From a virus, in IMG/VR virus record IMGVR_UViG_3300017739_000004, positions 38,949-102,948 of that record: a stretch of 64,000 nucleotides of DNA; one strand, written 5' to 3'. A program made the position numbers and the translations under genes. Within the stretch, counting starts at the first letter, position 1, and each line of letters starts with the position of its first letter. The notes under the pieces were generated by a model that saw only the letters and a program-made list of their open reading frames with translations, was not told where the DNA came from and did not search any database. Positions 15,192 to 25,130 of the stretch are shown one piece after another.

Positions 15192-17271
15192 AATCTGATG
15201 AAACAGCTGAATTAGATGTTTGTTGACCTTCTGGATTAATACCGACTGATGCAATTGTTGGACCGACACTTGTATTAGCATTAGAAATATTATTAATTAC
15301 AACATTTCCTGTTGCACCACCATTACCTAATGCAAATAACTCTGGTCCACTATTAATTGTAGGTAAAATTAAATTATTAGATTCATCATTGACTCTTTCC
15401 ATAGAATCGGCAAGTTCATTAAACACTATAGCAAGATTTTGTAAAGGTGCTATTCTATCTACACCATCACCTAATACATTATCAAAAAGTAATCCTTCAT
15501 TAACAATTGTTTCACCACTTAATAATCTTACACCATCTGAAAATTTGGCTAGACTTTCTACTGCATCATCTGATATTTTAAAATCTTTATCAAGATCAAG
15601 TCTACTAAAAACTGCAAAGGCTCTTCCAAGTTCTTCCATACCTTCTGCACCAGCTTTAAGTTCAGGTCCTTTATCAGCAACTTCCATTGCTATATCTAAT
15701 GGTGATTTTTTAGAACCTGTAAAAAATTCTAAAACACTTGAACCAAAATTAGATAGTGCACTACTAAAAGCTTCAGAACCAAAATATGAAATTCCATTAC
15801 CGACTTTGCGTAGAGCATAGTTAAGATCGTCTGAATCTTGTTTAATATCTCTTCCCTCACCAATTGATAATAAGGTAGTCACTTTACTTTTAATATCTTC
15901 AGCAAAATTACCTTCTTTAGACATAAAGTTTGCTAAACCAGAACCAACTCCTGCAACAGCTGTACCTATTCCAAATACAGCCAAACCAGCTCCAATACCT
16001 GACATTGCTAAAAAGAATTTTCCACTTTCACCAATAAAAGTATCGCCATCGGCTTCGACCGCATCTTTTATAGATAACAATATTAAAACATTATCTTTAA
16101 TTTGTTGTGCAAATAATTCTCCAGTTCCTGTAAATCTTGCAACACCTTCGGCAACTCCTGAGCCAGCACCTGCAACTGCAGCACCTGCACCAAATATAGC
16201 TAAGCCAGTTCCAATACCACTCATGGCTAAGAAAAACGCTCCACTATCAAATAACATATCAATATTACCACCTAATGAATCTTTAATTGATAATAATATT
16301 AGTACATTATCTTTTATACTTTGGGCAAACTGAGTATCTGAACTAAATTTATTAATACCTTCTGCAGCTCCTACTCCTGCTGAACCAACAGTTGCTCCAG
16401 CTCCAAAGACTGCAAGACCTGCAGCTAATCCTGTCATAGCTGCGGGGAAGAAGGCACTATCTATTAAGAACTCAAGATTACCACCTGCATCATCTGCAAT
16501 AGATAATAATGTCAATACATTTTGTTTTATACTCTCACTATCTAAACCTATAAATTTATCAGCTGCGCCCGCGGCCGCGGAACCAACTCCAAATACACCA
16601 AGACCGATTCCTAAACCAGCTAATACTGCTGTCAGAACTCCACCTTCTGCATAGAATGAAAGTAATGAACCTTCGCCATCAGCTGATGGTACTATAGCCA
16701 TAATCTCTTGTATATTATTTGCAACTTTAGCTCCATCTACGCCTTGAAATTCTTTCATTGCTTTTGCAGATGCAAATAATGCTATACCTAAACCTGCTGC
16801 AGCTATACCTGCTCCAGCTAAAGCTCCACCAAGTTTACCAATCATTGACCCACGGCTTTTAGCTTCTGTAGCTTGTACTTTACTTGCTTTACTTGTTTCT
16901 TCAGCTACCTTAGAATCTTTTTCTAGTAATTTTAATTTTTCTTGATCGTCTTGTTCTTTTTGAAATTGATTTTCAGCTTGATCTTGTTTTTGTGATTTAA
17001 ATATATTAGCTATAGAATTTAATATATCTGTTTGAGGTGCAGATTGTTCTGCAAAACCTTTTAAGGCTACTTGTTGTTCTAATATTGCGGTTTGAGTATT
17101 TTCTTTTGCAGGCTTTTCTTTACCAAATATATTTTTACTAGAAAAAACATCTGTTAAATCTTTTAAAGCTTTTTTACGATTTTTATTTGGATCATCGTCA
17201 CCGCCACCGCCGCCACTACCTCCGGCACCAGCACCAGTTTGTCCAAACAATTGGTTAAAATCTTCTGCCAT
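15190..17271 (-). CDS. Tape-measure / baseplate hub protein (gp29-like)
   Basis: 693 aa Ala/Gly-rich helical repeats; downstream of 26/51. Confidence 0.65.
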   Translation of the reverse strand: MAEDFNQLFGQTGAGAGGSGGGGGDDDPNKNRKKALKDLTDVFSSKNIFGKEKPAKENTQTAILEQQVALKGFAEQSAPQTDILNSIANIFKSQKQDQAENQFQKEQDDQEKLKLLEKDSKVAEETSKASKVQATEAKSRGSMIGKLGGALAGAGIAAAGLGIALFASAKAMKEFQGVDGAKVANNIQEIMAIVPSADGEGSLLSFYAEGGVLTAVLAGLGIGLGVFGVGSAAAGAADKFIGLDSESIKQNVLTLLSIADDAGGNLEFLIDSAFFPAAMTGLAAGLAVFGAGATVGSAGVGAAEGINKFSSDTQFAQSIKDNVLILLSIKDSLGGNIDMLFDSGAFFLAMSGIGTGLAIFGAGAAVAGAGSGVAEGVARFTGTGELFAQQIKDNVLILLSIKDAVEADGDTFIGESGKFFLAMSGIGAGLAVFGIGTAVAGVGSGLANFMSKEGNFAEDIKSKVTTLLSIGEGRDIKQDSDDLNYALRKVGNGISYFGSEAFSSALSNFGSSVLEFFTGSKKSPLDIAMEVADKGPELKAGAEGMEELGRAFAVFSRLDLDKDFKISDDAVESLAKFSDGVRLLSGETIVNEGLLFDNVLGDGVDRIAPLQNLAIVFNELADSMERVNDESNNLILPTINSGPELFALGNGGATGNVVINNISNANTSVGPTIASVGINPEGQQTSNSAVSSD

Positions 17272-17280
17272 TTATTTTAC

Positions 17281-17655
17281 CTATTTGCCACCAAATGCTT
17301 TTCCAGCCTCGCTTATACCAAATGCACCTAATGTCACTACGACAAATGATGTATAAATTGTATCACTAATTACTAAATCAACTCCTTGGAAAGCTGTGAT
17401 TAAATCACATATTCCAAATACTGTCATTAAAGTAAAAGAGATAAAACCAATAATTGATTTTTCATTGACATCATTATCATCTAAAAATAAATCCATAAAT
17501 TTACGTTTAGGTGGTGCTAATTGTTTACGAGCTGCTTCAGCTTCAGCTTTCATTTCTTTAATAGTATCTTCGGACTGATCGAGTTTATCGATCAAAGCCA
17601 TATACTTATCTAAGTCTATTTCTACTTCATTTCTGCTATTATCTTGTTCAGTCAT
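17281..17655 (-). CDS. Two-TM membrane protein with an N-terminal coiled coil
   Basis: SIIGFISFTLMTVFGICDLI and SFVVVTLGAFGI hydrophobic segments. Confidence 0.75.
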   Translation of the reverse strand: MTEQDNSRNEVEIDLDKYMALIDKLDQSEDTIKEMKAEAEAARKQLAPPKRKFMDLFLDDNDVNEKSIIGFISFTLMTVFGICDLITAFQGVDLVISDTIYTSFVVVTLGAFGISEAGKAFGGK

Positions 17656-17656
17656 T

Positions 17657-17788
17657 CTATCTTCCTTGTTGTCTTATTCTTTCATTTTCCTGTTCTATAT
17701 GAGCCCTGAGCATCGCAGTATATACCTCCCTCTCCCATGGCATCATATCATTTAGTTCTTCCAAACTATAGTTATGATGTTGCATCAT
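17657..17788 (-). CDS. 51: Short gp51-like baseplate hub assembly protein (absent from ORF track; probably reached by frameshift)
   Basis: MMQHHNYSLEELNDMMPWEREVYTAMLRAHIEQENERIRQQGR; frame is open back to 17842. Confidence 0.8.
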   Translation of the reverse strand: MMQHHNYSLEELNDMMPWEREVYTAMLRAHIEQENERIRQQGR

Positions 17789-17835
17789 CGCAAAGTTTGA
17801 CTGATAATGGTTTACCAGCGTATCATGCGAGAGGC

Positions 17836-18543
17836 CTACGTAAAAAAACTTTGAAGCCCTTTTAACCCTATTGTATTTTCATGCTGACAATTAGTGCAAC
17901 AAAATGTGTCTTCGTAAGACATTGCTGGTACGTTTGTAAAAAAATCTTGAATCATTTTAAATTGTTCTGATCCAAATGATTCTACAAAGTCTACCAAATC
18001 TTCTTTTGTTTCTTCGTCTGCATTATATACGTTGTCGTCATCAAATATAGTATCGACACTTGCAACTACTAAATCCATTAAACCTTGAACGGTATCTAGT
18101 TTGTTTAAATCAATATTTTCTAAACTATCCATTGTTGGATATCTTAAAGTCATTCCAATCTTTTTTTGTTGATCTAACATAAAAGTTTTTTCTACATCAA
18201 GATTGCTAACTTTAATATCATCAATATTAATTTCAATGTCATTCATAGTTTCACATTCTTCACATTTCATTCCGATTTTTATTTTCTCACCTACAGATTT
18301 AGCTCGTAGATTTAAAAATAAAAACTCTATATCAAAAGATGTTAATTTACCAACATCTTTAATATCGCAACAACTCATAATTAAATTTCTTACTGCTTGT
18401 TGGATTTGCATAGCATCCTTAGATTCTAATGCTACTAACAAGACTTTTTCTTCCCTTACTAAGTAAGGTCTCATACTAATTTTTTCTCCAGTTGATGGTA
18501 ATTCAACCATATACTGAGGAACACTCAATTTTGGTAAAGCCAT
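17836..18543 (-). CDS. 26: Baseplate hub assembly chaperone gp26
   Basis: MALPK...LPSTG..I.MRPYLVREEK, FDIEFLFLNLRAKSVGE, CxxC pairs, ends GLQSFF. Confidence 0.9.
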   Translation of the reverse strand: MALPKLSVPQYMVELPSTGEKISMRPYLVREEKVLLVALESKDAMQIQQAVRNLIMSCCDIKDVGKLTSFDIEFLFLNLRAKSVGEKIKIGMKCEECETMNDIEINIDDIKVSNLDVEKTFMLDQQKKIGMTLRYPTMDSLENIDLNKLDTVQGLMDLVVASVDTIFDDDNVYNADEETKEDLVDFVESFGSEQFKMIQDFFTNVPAMSYEDTFCCTNCQHENTIGLKGLQSFFT

Positions 18544-18568
18544 TATTTTCTTCTCCTATATAATAATA

Positions 18569-19216
18569 TTATCCAATTAGAGATTTAGGAAAACCCGCTC
18601 CGATAGCTGATACACTACTAGCAATGGTATCTTCCGGTACATATCTATCATAAGACATTGTCACCTCTATTTTGCTTTCTCCATTTGGTGCTTGCGTTAA
18701 TTGCATAGCGCCAATTCCAACTGGGAAAGCATCAATTAATTTCACGCCATAAACCACATCATTTTCTTGGTTCAGTTGTTGTATCACAACATCACAAGTA
18801 TAATCATTTTTATAACCTAAGGCATAACCTTCAGAACTTACAATCATTTGCGCCCAGTCATCAAACATTCTTTTTATATAAAAATCGTTTGTGACTAAAA
18901 AGCTAAATGATACATCAGCATCTGTATAACCTTGCACTCTCTTTTCAGGATATCGTGCAGTGTAATCAAATTGTTTTGTTTGAATTGCTTTAGATGGCAA
19001 TGATGTAGACTCACATAATAATGATAGTGTTCTTGGATCACTTAATAATTGATTTTTATTAAAAGTGCCTCTTACTAAACTACCAAGTATTGCATCAATG
19101 TCTATATTAATTAAAGCTTGAGATGGTGGTGTAAAGAGTACATTAAATCTATTAGTACGACCTATGCCACCTCTATTATTAATTTCTGCTTTTAAATCGT
19201 CTATTGAGCCTGCCAT
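18569..19216 (-). CDS. Tail-tube family protein (gp19/gp54-like)
   Basis: RTNRFNV, LCESTSLP, FDDW, VKLIDAFPV..V.MSY. Confidence 0.75.
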   Translation of the reverse strand: MAGSIDDLKAEINNRGGIGRTNRFNVLFTPPSQALINIDIDAILGSLVRGTFNKNQLLSDPRTLSLLCESTSLPSKAIQTKQFDYTARYPEKRVQGYTDADVSFSFLVTNDFYIKRMFDDWAQMIVSSEGYALGYKNDYTCDVVIQQLNQENDVVYGVKLIDAFPVGIGAMQLTQAPNGESKIEVTMSYDRYVPEDTIASSVSAIGAGFPKSLIG

Positions 19217-19217
19217 T

Positions 19218-19817
19218 TTATGTTGCCTGTTTCTTACTTAACATTTGACTATCTCTAAAGACTTTTGATAGAGATGCCTTTTCAAATTGTTCGGTTGGCA
19301 AGAATATTGCAATTTCCCAATCTGTCATTGGTACTCTTCTAATTGTTGATTTGATATGTGAAGTTAAATATCTTTTATAACATGGTGCAAATTCACGAAA
19401 CTTTACTACACCTTTTAAAAGATCATATTTAAGACCATTTAACCTAGCATTTTCATTTGGTTCTTCTGGTCCAAATTCCATTAACTTGTCTAAAAAGGCT
19501 GCCCTTACATCTGGTCTAAGATAATGCAAATTAAGTGCATCAAATCCATCTTTATTAACTCCCATTAAAATGCCTAATGGAAATCTATCATAATATGGTA
19601 ATACATTTTTTAATTTTGGATCGTATGCATACATTACCATATCACCAATTCTTGGTTTAGTACTAGTAAAAAGCGCAGGGTCTTTTAAGACTTTATTTCT
19701 CGTCACATTTAGATTACGAACATTTTTCATAAACCACTTTTGAGCTTCTTTAGACCTAGGATTTACTCTAGCTCTATAAGCTGACGACGAAATCTTATCA
19801 AATAAACTATCTGCCAT
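19218..19817 (-). CDS. 2: DNA end protector gp2
   Basis: YDPKLK..LPYYDRFPL, LNLHYL, KRYL..H, W..AIFLPTEQF. Confidence 0.9.
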   Translation of the reverse strand: MADSLFDKISSSAYRARVNPRSKEAQKWFMKNVRNLNVTRNKVLKDPALFTSTKPRIGDMVMYAYDPKLKNVLPYYDRFPLGILMGVNKDGFDALNLHYLRPDVRAAFLDKLMEFGPEEPNENARLNGLKYDLLKGVVKFREFAPCYKRYLTSHIKSTIRRVPMTDWEIAIFLPTEQFEKASLSKVFRDSQMLSKKQAT

Positions 19818-19822
19818 ATCTT

Positions 19823-19830
19823 TATTTATA
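19823..19830 (-). promoter_or_regulatory. T4-type late promoter for gene 2
   Basis: TATAAATA on the minus strand, 5 nt before the ATG. Confidence 0.7.
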
Positions 19831-19835
19831 ACAGT

Positions 19836-20276
19836 TTACAGTACTTTTATACCTAGATTCTTTAAAGTTTCTTCTGTCCAGACTTGAAATTGCCAACCAT
19901 TATGTTTTGCAAACTTATCTGCAGCATTCCATTTATCTTGATTTCTTGAAAAGGTAAGTGCTTCATTGATATATCTTTTAGTTTTTCTTGATTTCTTTTT
20001 AGGTGGCATAGTTTGATTCTTTGGTTTGATTTCCACCAAAAAGATTTTTTTGTTTTCCATTTCTATTAATAAGTCTACAAAATACCTATGTATTTTATTA
20101 TCAATAGAACATTTATAAGGAACAACAACTCCTTCACTATTCCATAACTTAACTTTGGGGTTATTCTCGCACCATCTAAAGGCATTTCTTTCCCATAATG
20201 ATCTGAATACCACATCGCGTGTATTGCCAGCATACTTTTCTGGCTTTTTAATTGTGTATTTACCCTTGTAACTCAT
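19836..20276 (-). CDS. 4: Head completion nuclease gp4
   Basis: YKGKY..KKPEKY.G, RSLWER, HRYFVD, LVEIKP, NQDKW.AA, TEE.L. Confidence 0.92.
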   Translation of the reverse strand: MSYKGKYTIKKPEKYAGNTRDVVFRSLWERNAFRWCENNPKVKLWNSEGVVVPYKCSIDNKIHRYFVDLLIEMENKKIFLVEIKPKNQTMPPKKKSRKTKRYINEALTFSRNQDKWNAADKFAKHNGWQFQVWTEETLKNLGIKVL

Positions 20277-20315
20277 ATAAATAACTCTATATACTTTTAT
20301 TTATTTATATTTATA
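20276..20315. promoter_or_regulatory. Late promoters between divergent genes
   Basis: TATAAATA on + at 20276-20283; on - at 20302-20309 and 20308-20315. Confidence 0.75.
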
Positions 20316-20325
20316 AGGAATACAT

Positions 20326-21291
20326 ATGTCAGAAAATACCAATAAAGATGCAGGTTCTCAAGCATTAGAACCAACAGAAGTATTGTATTATCCATCAAGA
20401 TTAGAAAGTGATTTGTCTAAAGGTACGTCAATGTTAAAATTTACAATTGTAGAAAGACGTCATAGAGAAATAATGAAGCATATTTATTTACCATCTCCAA
20501 ATTCATTTAATTTAAATGATGGTGCTAGTTATGATTCATTGGATAAAGGTGATATACAACAAGCTTTTGGTGGAGCCGCTAGTCTGCTTGGCCAAGCAAT
20601 CAGAGGTGACCAAGCTAGAGGTGGAGGTGCAGCTGGTGCTGAAAGTTTTACTGCTGATTTAGCTGTTACGGGTTTATTGTTTGGTGGTGGCATACCTATT
20701 ATTGGTGGATCAATGAATGAAATAGCTTTTCAAGCAGGTGCTGCTGCAAATAAACAAGAAAGAACCAGATTTACAGGTAATGCTATTCGTACATTCAGTT
20801 TCCAAATAGAACTTTCACCAGAAAGTAGTGATGAAAATAAAAAAATAGTTAAAATATTAGATACATTTAGAAGGTATCTTTATGCTGCTAAAGGTACTAA
20901 TGTATTGGCATTAGATTATCCACCAGAATTTTTAGTAGAATTTTATAATGGTAAAAAAATAAACACTAACTTTCCAGTATTTGCTCCAGCATATTTAGAA
21001 TCTATACAAACTACTTATAATCCAAATACTTTTGCATTACACACAGATGGTGGTGCAGAAACTTATACACTAAATTTGACATTTAAAGAAAGTAGAAAAT
21101 TAATTAGAGAAGAAATAGATACATTAAAAGCAAATCAAGAATCAAATACAAGACATCAAGAACTTTATAAAAATCAATATTTAACAGCTGATCAAGTTAG
21201 CCAATTAGAAAGAGGTGTACGTACATTAGAAAATGAGAAAATAGAAGAGTTAAAAGAAGCATACTTAGATGAACAAGGAACAGGATATTAG
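20326..21291 (+). CDS. 48: Baseplate tail-tube cap, gp48-like
   Basis: IYLPSP, F.G..IRTFSF..LSPES..E, YPPEF, L.L.FKE; upstream of 53. Confidence 0.75.
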   Translation: MSENTNKDAGSQALEPTEVLYYPSRLESDLSKGTSMLKFTIVERRHREIMKHIYLPSPNSFNLNDGASYDSLDKGDIQQAFGGAASLLGQAIRGDQARGGGAAGAESFTADLAVTGLLFGGGIPIIGGSMNEIAFQAGAAANKQERTRFTGNAIRTFSFQIELSPESSDENKKIVKILDTFRRYLYAAKGTNVLALDYPPEFLVEFYNGKKINTNFPVFAPAYLESIQTTYNPNTFALHTDGGAETYTLNLTFKESRKLIREEIDTLKANQESNTRHQELYKNQYLTADQVSQLERGVRTLENEKIEELKEAYLDEQGTGY

Positions 21292-21293
21292 AT

Positions 21294-22217
21294 ATGTTTT
21301 TTAATAGATTTCCAAATACTAAATATGACTTTGATGGTCAAGGTAAATTTCAAAATATAAAAAATATTTTTAGAAGTGTAAGAGCTCTTCCAGAATTTTT
21401 AGATACATTTACATCATACAAATTATATGATGTCTTAAATGGTGAAAGACCAGATATTGTATCTTCCAGATTATATGGAACACCACAATTTTATTGGACA
21501 TTTTTTGTAGTAAATGATTTCTTACATGATGGTTATAGAGCATGGCCAATGTCTCAACAAGATTTAGTACAATATTTTGAAACACAATATGAAGGTTTTG
21601 TTATAACAACTGATCCAGAAATTGTTCCTGATGCTGATGGGTTAGATACATTTAAAAATTCTATAGCTGGTCAATTTGATTTAGGAGAAATATTACATGG
21701 AGGTACCTCTGGTGCAAAAGGTACTTTAACTAAAAAAGATGTAGACATGAATCAATTAGTTATTCAAGATGTGACACTAGGTACTGCTGGTAAACATCCA
21801 ATTAGTGGTGCAGATGACTCTTCAATTACTGGTGGTCAATTTATTGCTAACGAAGCTATAATACAAAACTCAAATACTGAACAAGTAGAAAGCCATATTG
21901 TTTACAAATATATTGATGCACCATATCAATATTATGCAACAGCAGATTCAGCAAATCAAAGATCAGTGACTAACAGAACATTTATAAATTCAAGTGAAAA
22001 AGAACAAATAGCAATTGATCCTAACAATTCAGAAGCTAATAGTGATGGACAAGTTTTTAGAACTACAAATAATACAGTAGATGAAAACTTTATTTCATTT
22101 AAAACATATCGTGAATATGAAACAGAGCTGAATGATGCTAGATCACAAATTAGATATGTAGACCCTAATTATATTGGAGAGTTTGTAGAAAGGTTTACAG
22201 AATTATTAAACGAGTAA
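21294..22217 (+). CDS. 53: Baseplate wedge gp53 with an insertion
   Basis: FF..FP..Y, GERPDIVS.RLYG...YW, WPMS, YE.ELND. Confidence 0.88.
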   Translation: MFFNRFPNTKYDFDGQGKFQNIKNIFRSVRALPEFLDTFTSYKLYDVLNGERPDIVSSRLYGTPQFYWTFFVVNDFLHDGYRAWPMSQQDLVQYFETQYEGFVITTDPEIVPDADGLDTFKNSIAGQFDLGEILHGGTSGAKGTLTKKDVDMNQLVIQDVTLGTAGKHPISGADDSSITGGQFIANEAIIQNSNTEQVESHIVYKYIDAPYQYYATADSANQRSVTNRTFINSSEKEQIAIDPNNSEANSDGQVFRTTNNTVDENFISFKTYREYETELNDARSQIRYVDPNYIGEFVERFTELLNE

Positions 22218-22221
22218 TATT

Positions 22222-23631
22222 ATGACAATTGGTTCAGGCAGTGAAAGCAATGAAAACCAAGTTTTTTCACCAAAAAATTATCTATTAAGAACAGTCAAAC
22301 TATTAAGACAAGGATTGGGTGGTCAAGATATTGGCGCTAAAGCTATTGACATCACACAAAAAATATTATCTATTGATATTGTAGAAAGTATTTATAAATC
22401 TGGCATACAAGTAGATTTACAAATTAAAGATGATGTACAACTTTTTAGTAGTATGCGCTTAAATGGTGCTGAAAAGATCGCATTGATTATTTCAAGAGCA
22501 CAAGATACACCTGACGAAACTATCAAGCTTTTATTATCTATTATTAATATTGATACATTTTCAGATGTTAATCCTGGAATGAAATCATATAAATTAAGAT
22601 GTGCATTTGATTATACTATAGTAAATCAATCAAAAATTATATCCGACGAATTCACTGATATTTCAAAAAAGATAAGTGACATAGCAAAAACAGATTTAGG
22701 TATATCTGAAAAGCTTTTAGATATTAGTGAATCATCACAATCTGCAAAAGGCATCATACCTAGAATGAAGCCATTAGCTGCTATTAATTGGTTAACAAGA
22801 AATATTGCTGATGCAGGCACACCATACTATTTTTATCAAACTTCTTCTGGTACAGTACATTTAAAATCATATAAACAAATGTTAAGAGATATACACGAAG
22901 AAGATAATCTTTATACAAATAATGTTAATTTTAATTTATTTGATAAACAAGATAAGATGGCTGATTCAACAGAATTGTCCTTTGCACAAGAAAAATTTAA
23001 TATAATTAGTATTAATTCTAATTTAAATATATCACCATTTAAAGGTGTAGCTGATGGTACATATAGATCAAACAAATTAAGCTATGATATTTATAAAAAA
23101 GAATTTAAATCATCAGTTAAATTCGAAGCTAATGAATTACAAAATCATTTAAATAAATTTGCTGCAATTCCAAAAGATTATTTTGAGAATAAAGGTGAGA
23201 CAGGAAAAAATTATTATATTAATTTAAATAGTGGTGCATTTGATGGTAATGCTACTAATTATCATAATGTAGTAGATGATATTATACAAGAAAAAGAAGC
23301 TTATCATACAAGACTTGAAACAATAACACAAGAATTTGTTATACCTGGAGATTTTAATATAGAGGCTGGAAAAGTTATAAGAATATTATTATTAGATAAC
23401 GCATTTGAAGAAAAGGTGCACGAAGATGATACAGGAGATGCTATTGATAGACAAAACTCCGGTCTGTATTTAATTACTTCTATAGTACATACATTTAGAA
23501 ATCAAGAATTTGTTTCAAGATTAGTATGCAAAAAAGATACACATATAGATGACCAGAATCAGCCAATAGATTATTTTGCATCGACTGACCCTGGCAGAAC
23601 AATTGATTTAATAGGAAATAATAATGGATAG
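22222..23631 (+). CDS. Baseplate hub / tail protein (gp27-like position)
   Basis: I.ESIY, YYFYQT, VIPGD..I.AG, SGLYLITSIVH; between 53 and 5. Confidence 0.65.
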   Translation: MTIGSGSESNENQVFSPKNYLLRTVKLLRQGLGGQDIGAKAIDITQKILSIDIVESIYKSGIQVDLQIKDDVQLFSSMRLNGAEKIALIISRAQDTPDETIKLLLSIINIDTFSDVNPGMKSYKLRCAFDYTIVNQSKIISDEFTDISKKISDIAKTDLGISEKLLDISESSQSAKGIIPRMKPLAAINWLTRNIADAGTPYYFYQTSSGTVHLKSYKQMLRDIHEEDNLYTNNVNFNLFDKQDKMADSTELSFAQEKFNIISINSNLNISPFKGVADGTYRSNKLSYDIYKKEFKSSVKFEANELQNHLNKFAAIPKDYFENKGETGKNYYINLNSGAFDGNATNYHNVVDDIIQEKEAYHTRLETITQEFVIPGDFNIEAGKVIRILLLDNAFEEKVHEDDTGDAIDRQNSGLYLITSIVHTFRNQEFVSRLVCKKDTHIDDQNQPIDYFASTDPGRTIDLIGNNNG

Positions 23632-24064
23632 ACGAGATGATAATTTTAGAAATGGTATGTTCAGTTGGTTTACTGGCGAAGTATTAAAGATACATGCGGA
23701 TGGTACTAATAGAGTAAAAGTATTTCCTCATGGGTATTATGATGAAAAATTTAATAGTGAAGAAGAAGCAGATAAATTACCATGGGCAACAGTCATGATG
23801 CCATGTACCACAGCTGGTACTAATACAAGCCATCAAAATCATAGCCTAGAAGTTGGTTCTCATGTTGTTGGTTTTTTTAGAGATGGCCCAAGTGCACAAG
23901 ACCCAATTATTATGGGAACAATACATGGTAAAGATAAACCAACGTTAGCAAGTCCTGATGTAAAACAGCAAAGATTCCAGGGTGGACAAAATATAATTTT
24001 TGATAATAAATCTGGAACAATCACATTGGCTGGTTCTTCAGTTGGTAAAGTAATAATATTATAA
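23624..24064 (+). CDS. 5: gp5 N-terminal OB-fold-only protein
   Basis: WFTGEV, RVKV..HGYY, LPWA.V, GS.VVGFFRDG..AQ.PIIMGTI. Confidence 0.82.
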   Translation: MDRRDDNFRNGMFSWFTGEVLKIHADGTNRVKVFPHGYYDEKFNSEEEADKLPWATVMMPCTTAGTNTSHQNHSLEVGSHVVGFFRDGPSAQDPIIMGTIHGKDKPTLASPDVKQQRFQGGQNIIFDNKSGTITLAGSSVGKVIIL

Positions 24065-25113
24065 TGACTCAATTAACAGCAACAGTTCCACCAATGGAGT
24101 GTCCCGATACACAGTTGCCAACCCCAGCTAATCTAGCAAATCTTTTTGGTAATCTGATTACACAAGCCGAGAGAGGTGCGTTATCTGAAATTGCAGAAAT
24201 ACAAGAAGAAGCTCAAAAATTAAAAGAAAAAATAGAAAAGATACGAGAAGATATACTAAGTCCTTACGATCCTAAATTCAAAAGATTAGAAATACCTGAA
24301 AAAGAATATGAGATAATGATTACTAGATTAGTCAATGAATATAGTACTTATGTTCAGGCGAAGATGTTAGAGATTATTGCTGATCTTACAACAATAGAAA
24401 TTAATGTCACTATATTAGGAGTAGAAGTAGATGCAATCAAATTTGCAATAGACAGACCATATCGAGCAGAAATACTTGGACAAATAGATGTTGATAGTAT
24501 GTATGATTTATTACCACCTGAATATCAAAGCTTTAAAGATAAATTTGATAGTGCAGATTTAAAAGGTAAAAAAATAAATGACTTTATTGAAACTAAAATA
24601 AAAGAATTTTTACAAGGTAATATTATTCAAGGATTAAAAGATTTAGAATTGAGTTTTACATTACCAACTGATCCAAGAGCTGCTATTCAATTAAAAATTC
24701 AAGAAATTAAAGATGATGCAAAGAAAGATATGAACGAAAAGATAGAAGATTTAAAAACAATTACAATTGGTGGTTATACATTAGAACAAATATTAGGTGG
24801 AGAGTTTGATGATAATGTAGAGATAACTGAATTTACTTTTGATAGACTAATTGATAAACTATTAGTTTTTGCACAAGACTATTGGAGTTATTTAGTAAAA
24901 GAAATGCTATCAAAAATAACAGATGCAATCAAAGATATACCTGGATTAGATAAGATAATAGAATTTTTAACATTTACATTCTGTGATTTCTTAACACTTA
25001 TAGGATTTCCAAAGACAATTGACTTATCTGCATTCAATGGTATTACAGTAGTAGCTAATGAAAATGCTGGATTAGGGTCTGTTTTATCAACTACGCCTGA
25101 AAGTTCAGGATAA
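24064..25113 (+). CDS. Hypothetical helical protein between gp5 and gp25
   Basis: 349 aa; TAATG-coupled to gp5. Confidence 0.8.
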   Translation: MTQLTATVPPMECPDTQLPTPANLANLFGNLITQAERGALSEIAEIQEEAQKLKEKIEKIREDILSPYDPKFKRLEIPEKEYEIMITRLVNEYSTYVQAKMLEIIADLTTIEINVTILGVEVDAIKFAIDRPYRAEILGQIDVDSMYDLLPPEYQSFKDKFDSADLKGKKINDFIETKIKEFLQGNIIQGLKDLELSFTLPTDPRAAIQLKIQEIKDDAKKDMNEKIEDLKTITIGGYTLEQILGGEFDDNVEITEFTFDRLIDKLLVFAQDYWSYLVKEMLSKITDAIKDIPGLDKIIEFLTFTFCDFLTLIGFPKTIDLSAFNGITVVANENAGLGSVLSTTPESSG

Positions 25114-25117
25114 ACAT

Positions 25118-25125
25118 TATAAATA
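25118..25125 (+). promoter_or_regulatory. T4-type late promoter for gene 25
   Basis: TATAAATA 5 nt before ATG 25131. Confidence 0.75.
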
Positions 25126-25130
25126 ACTAT

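Noticed and set aside
15117-15205. Hammerhead ribozyme (GAAA near 15162, CTGATGA near 15195)
   Set aside because: Stem II cannot form; CTGATGA lies in the tape-measure coding end; the region is explained by the terminator
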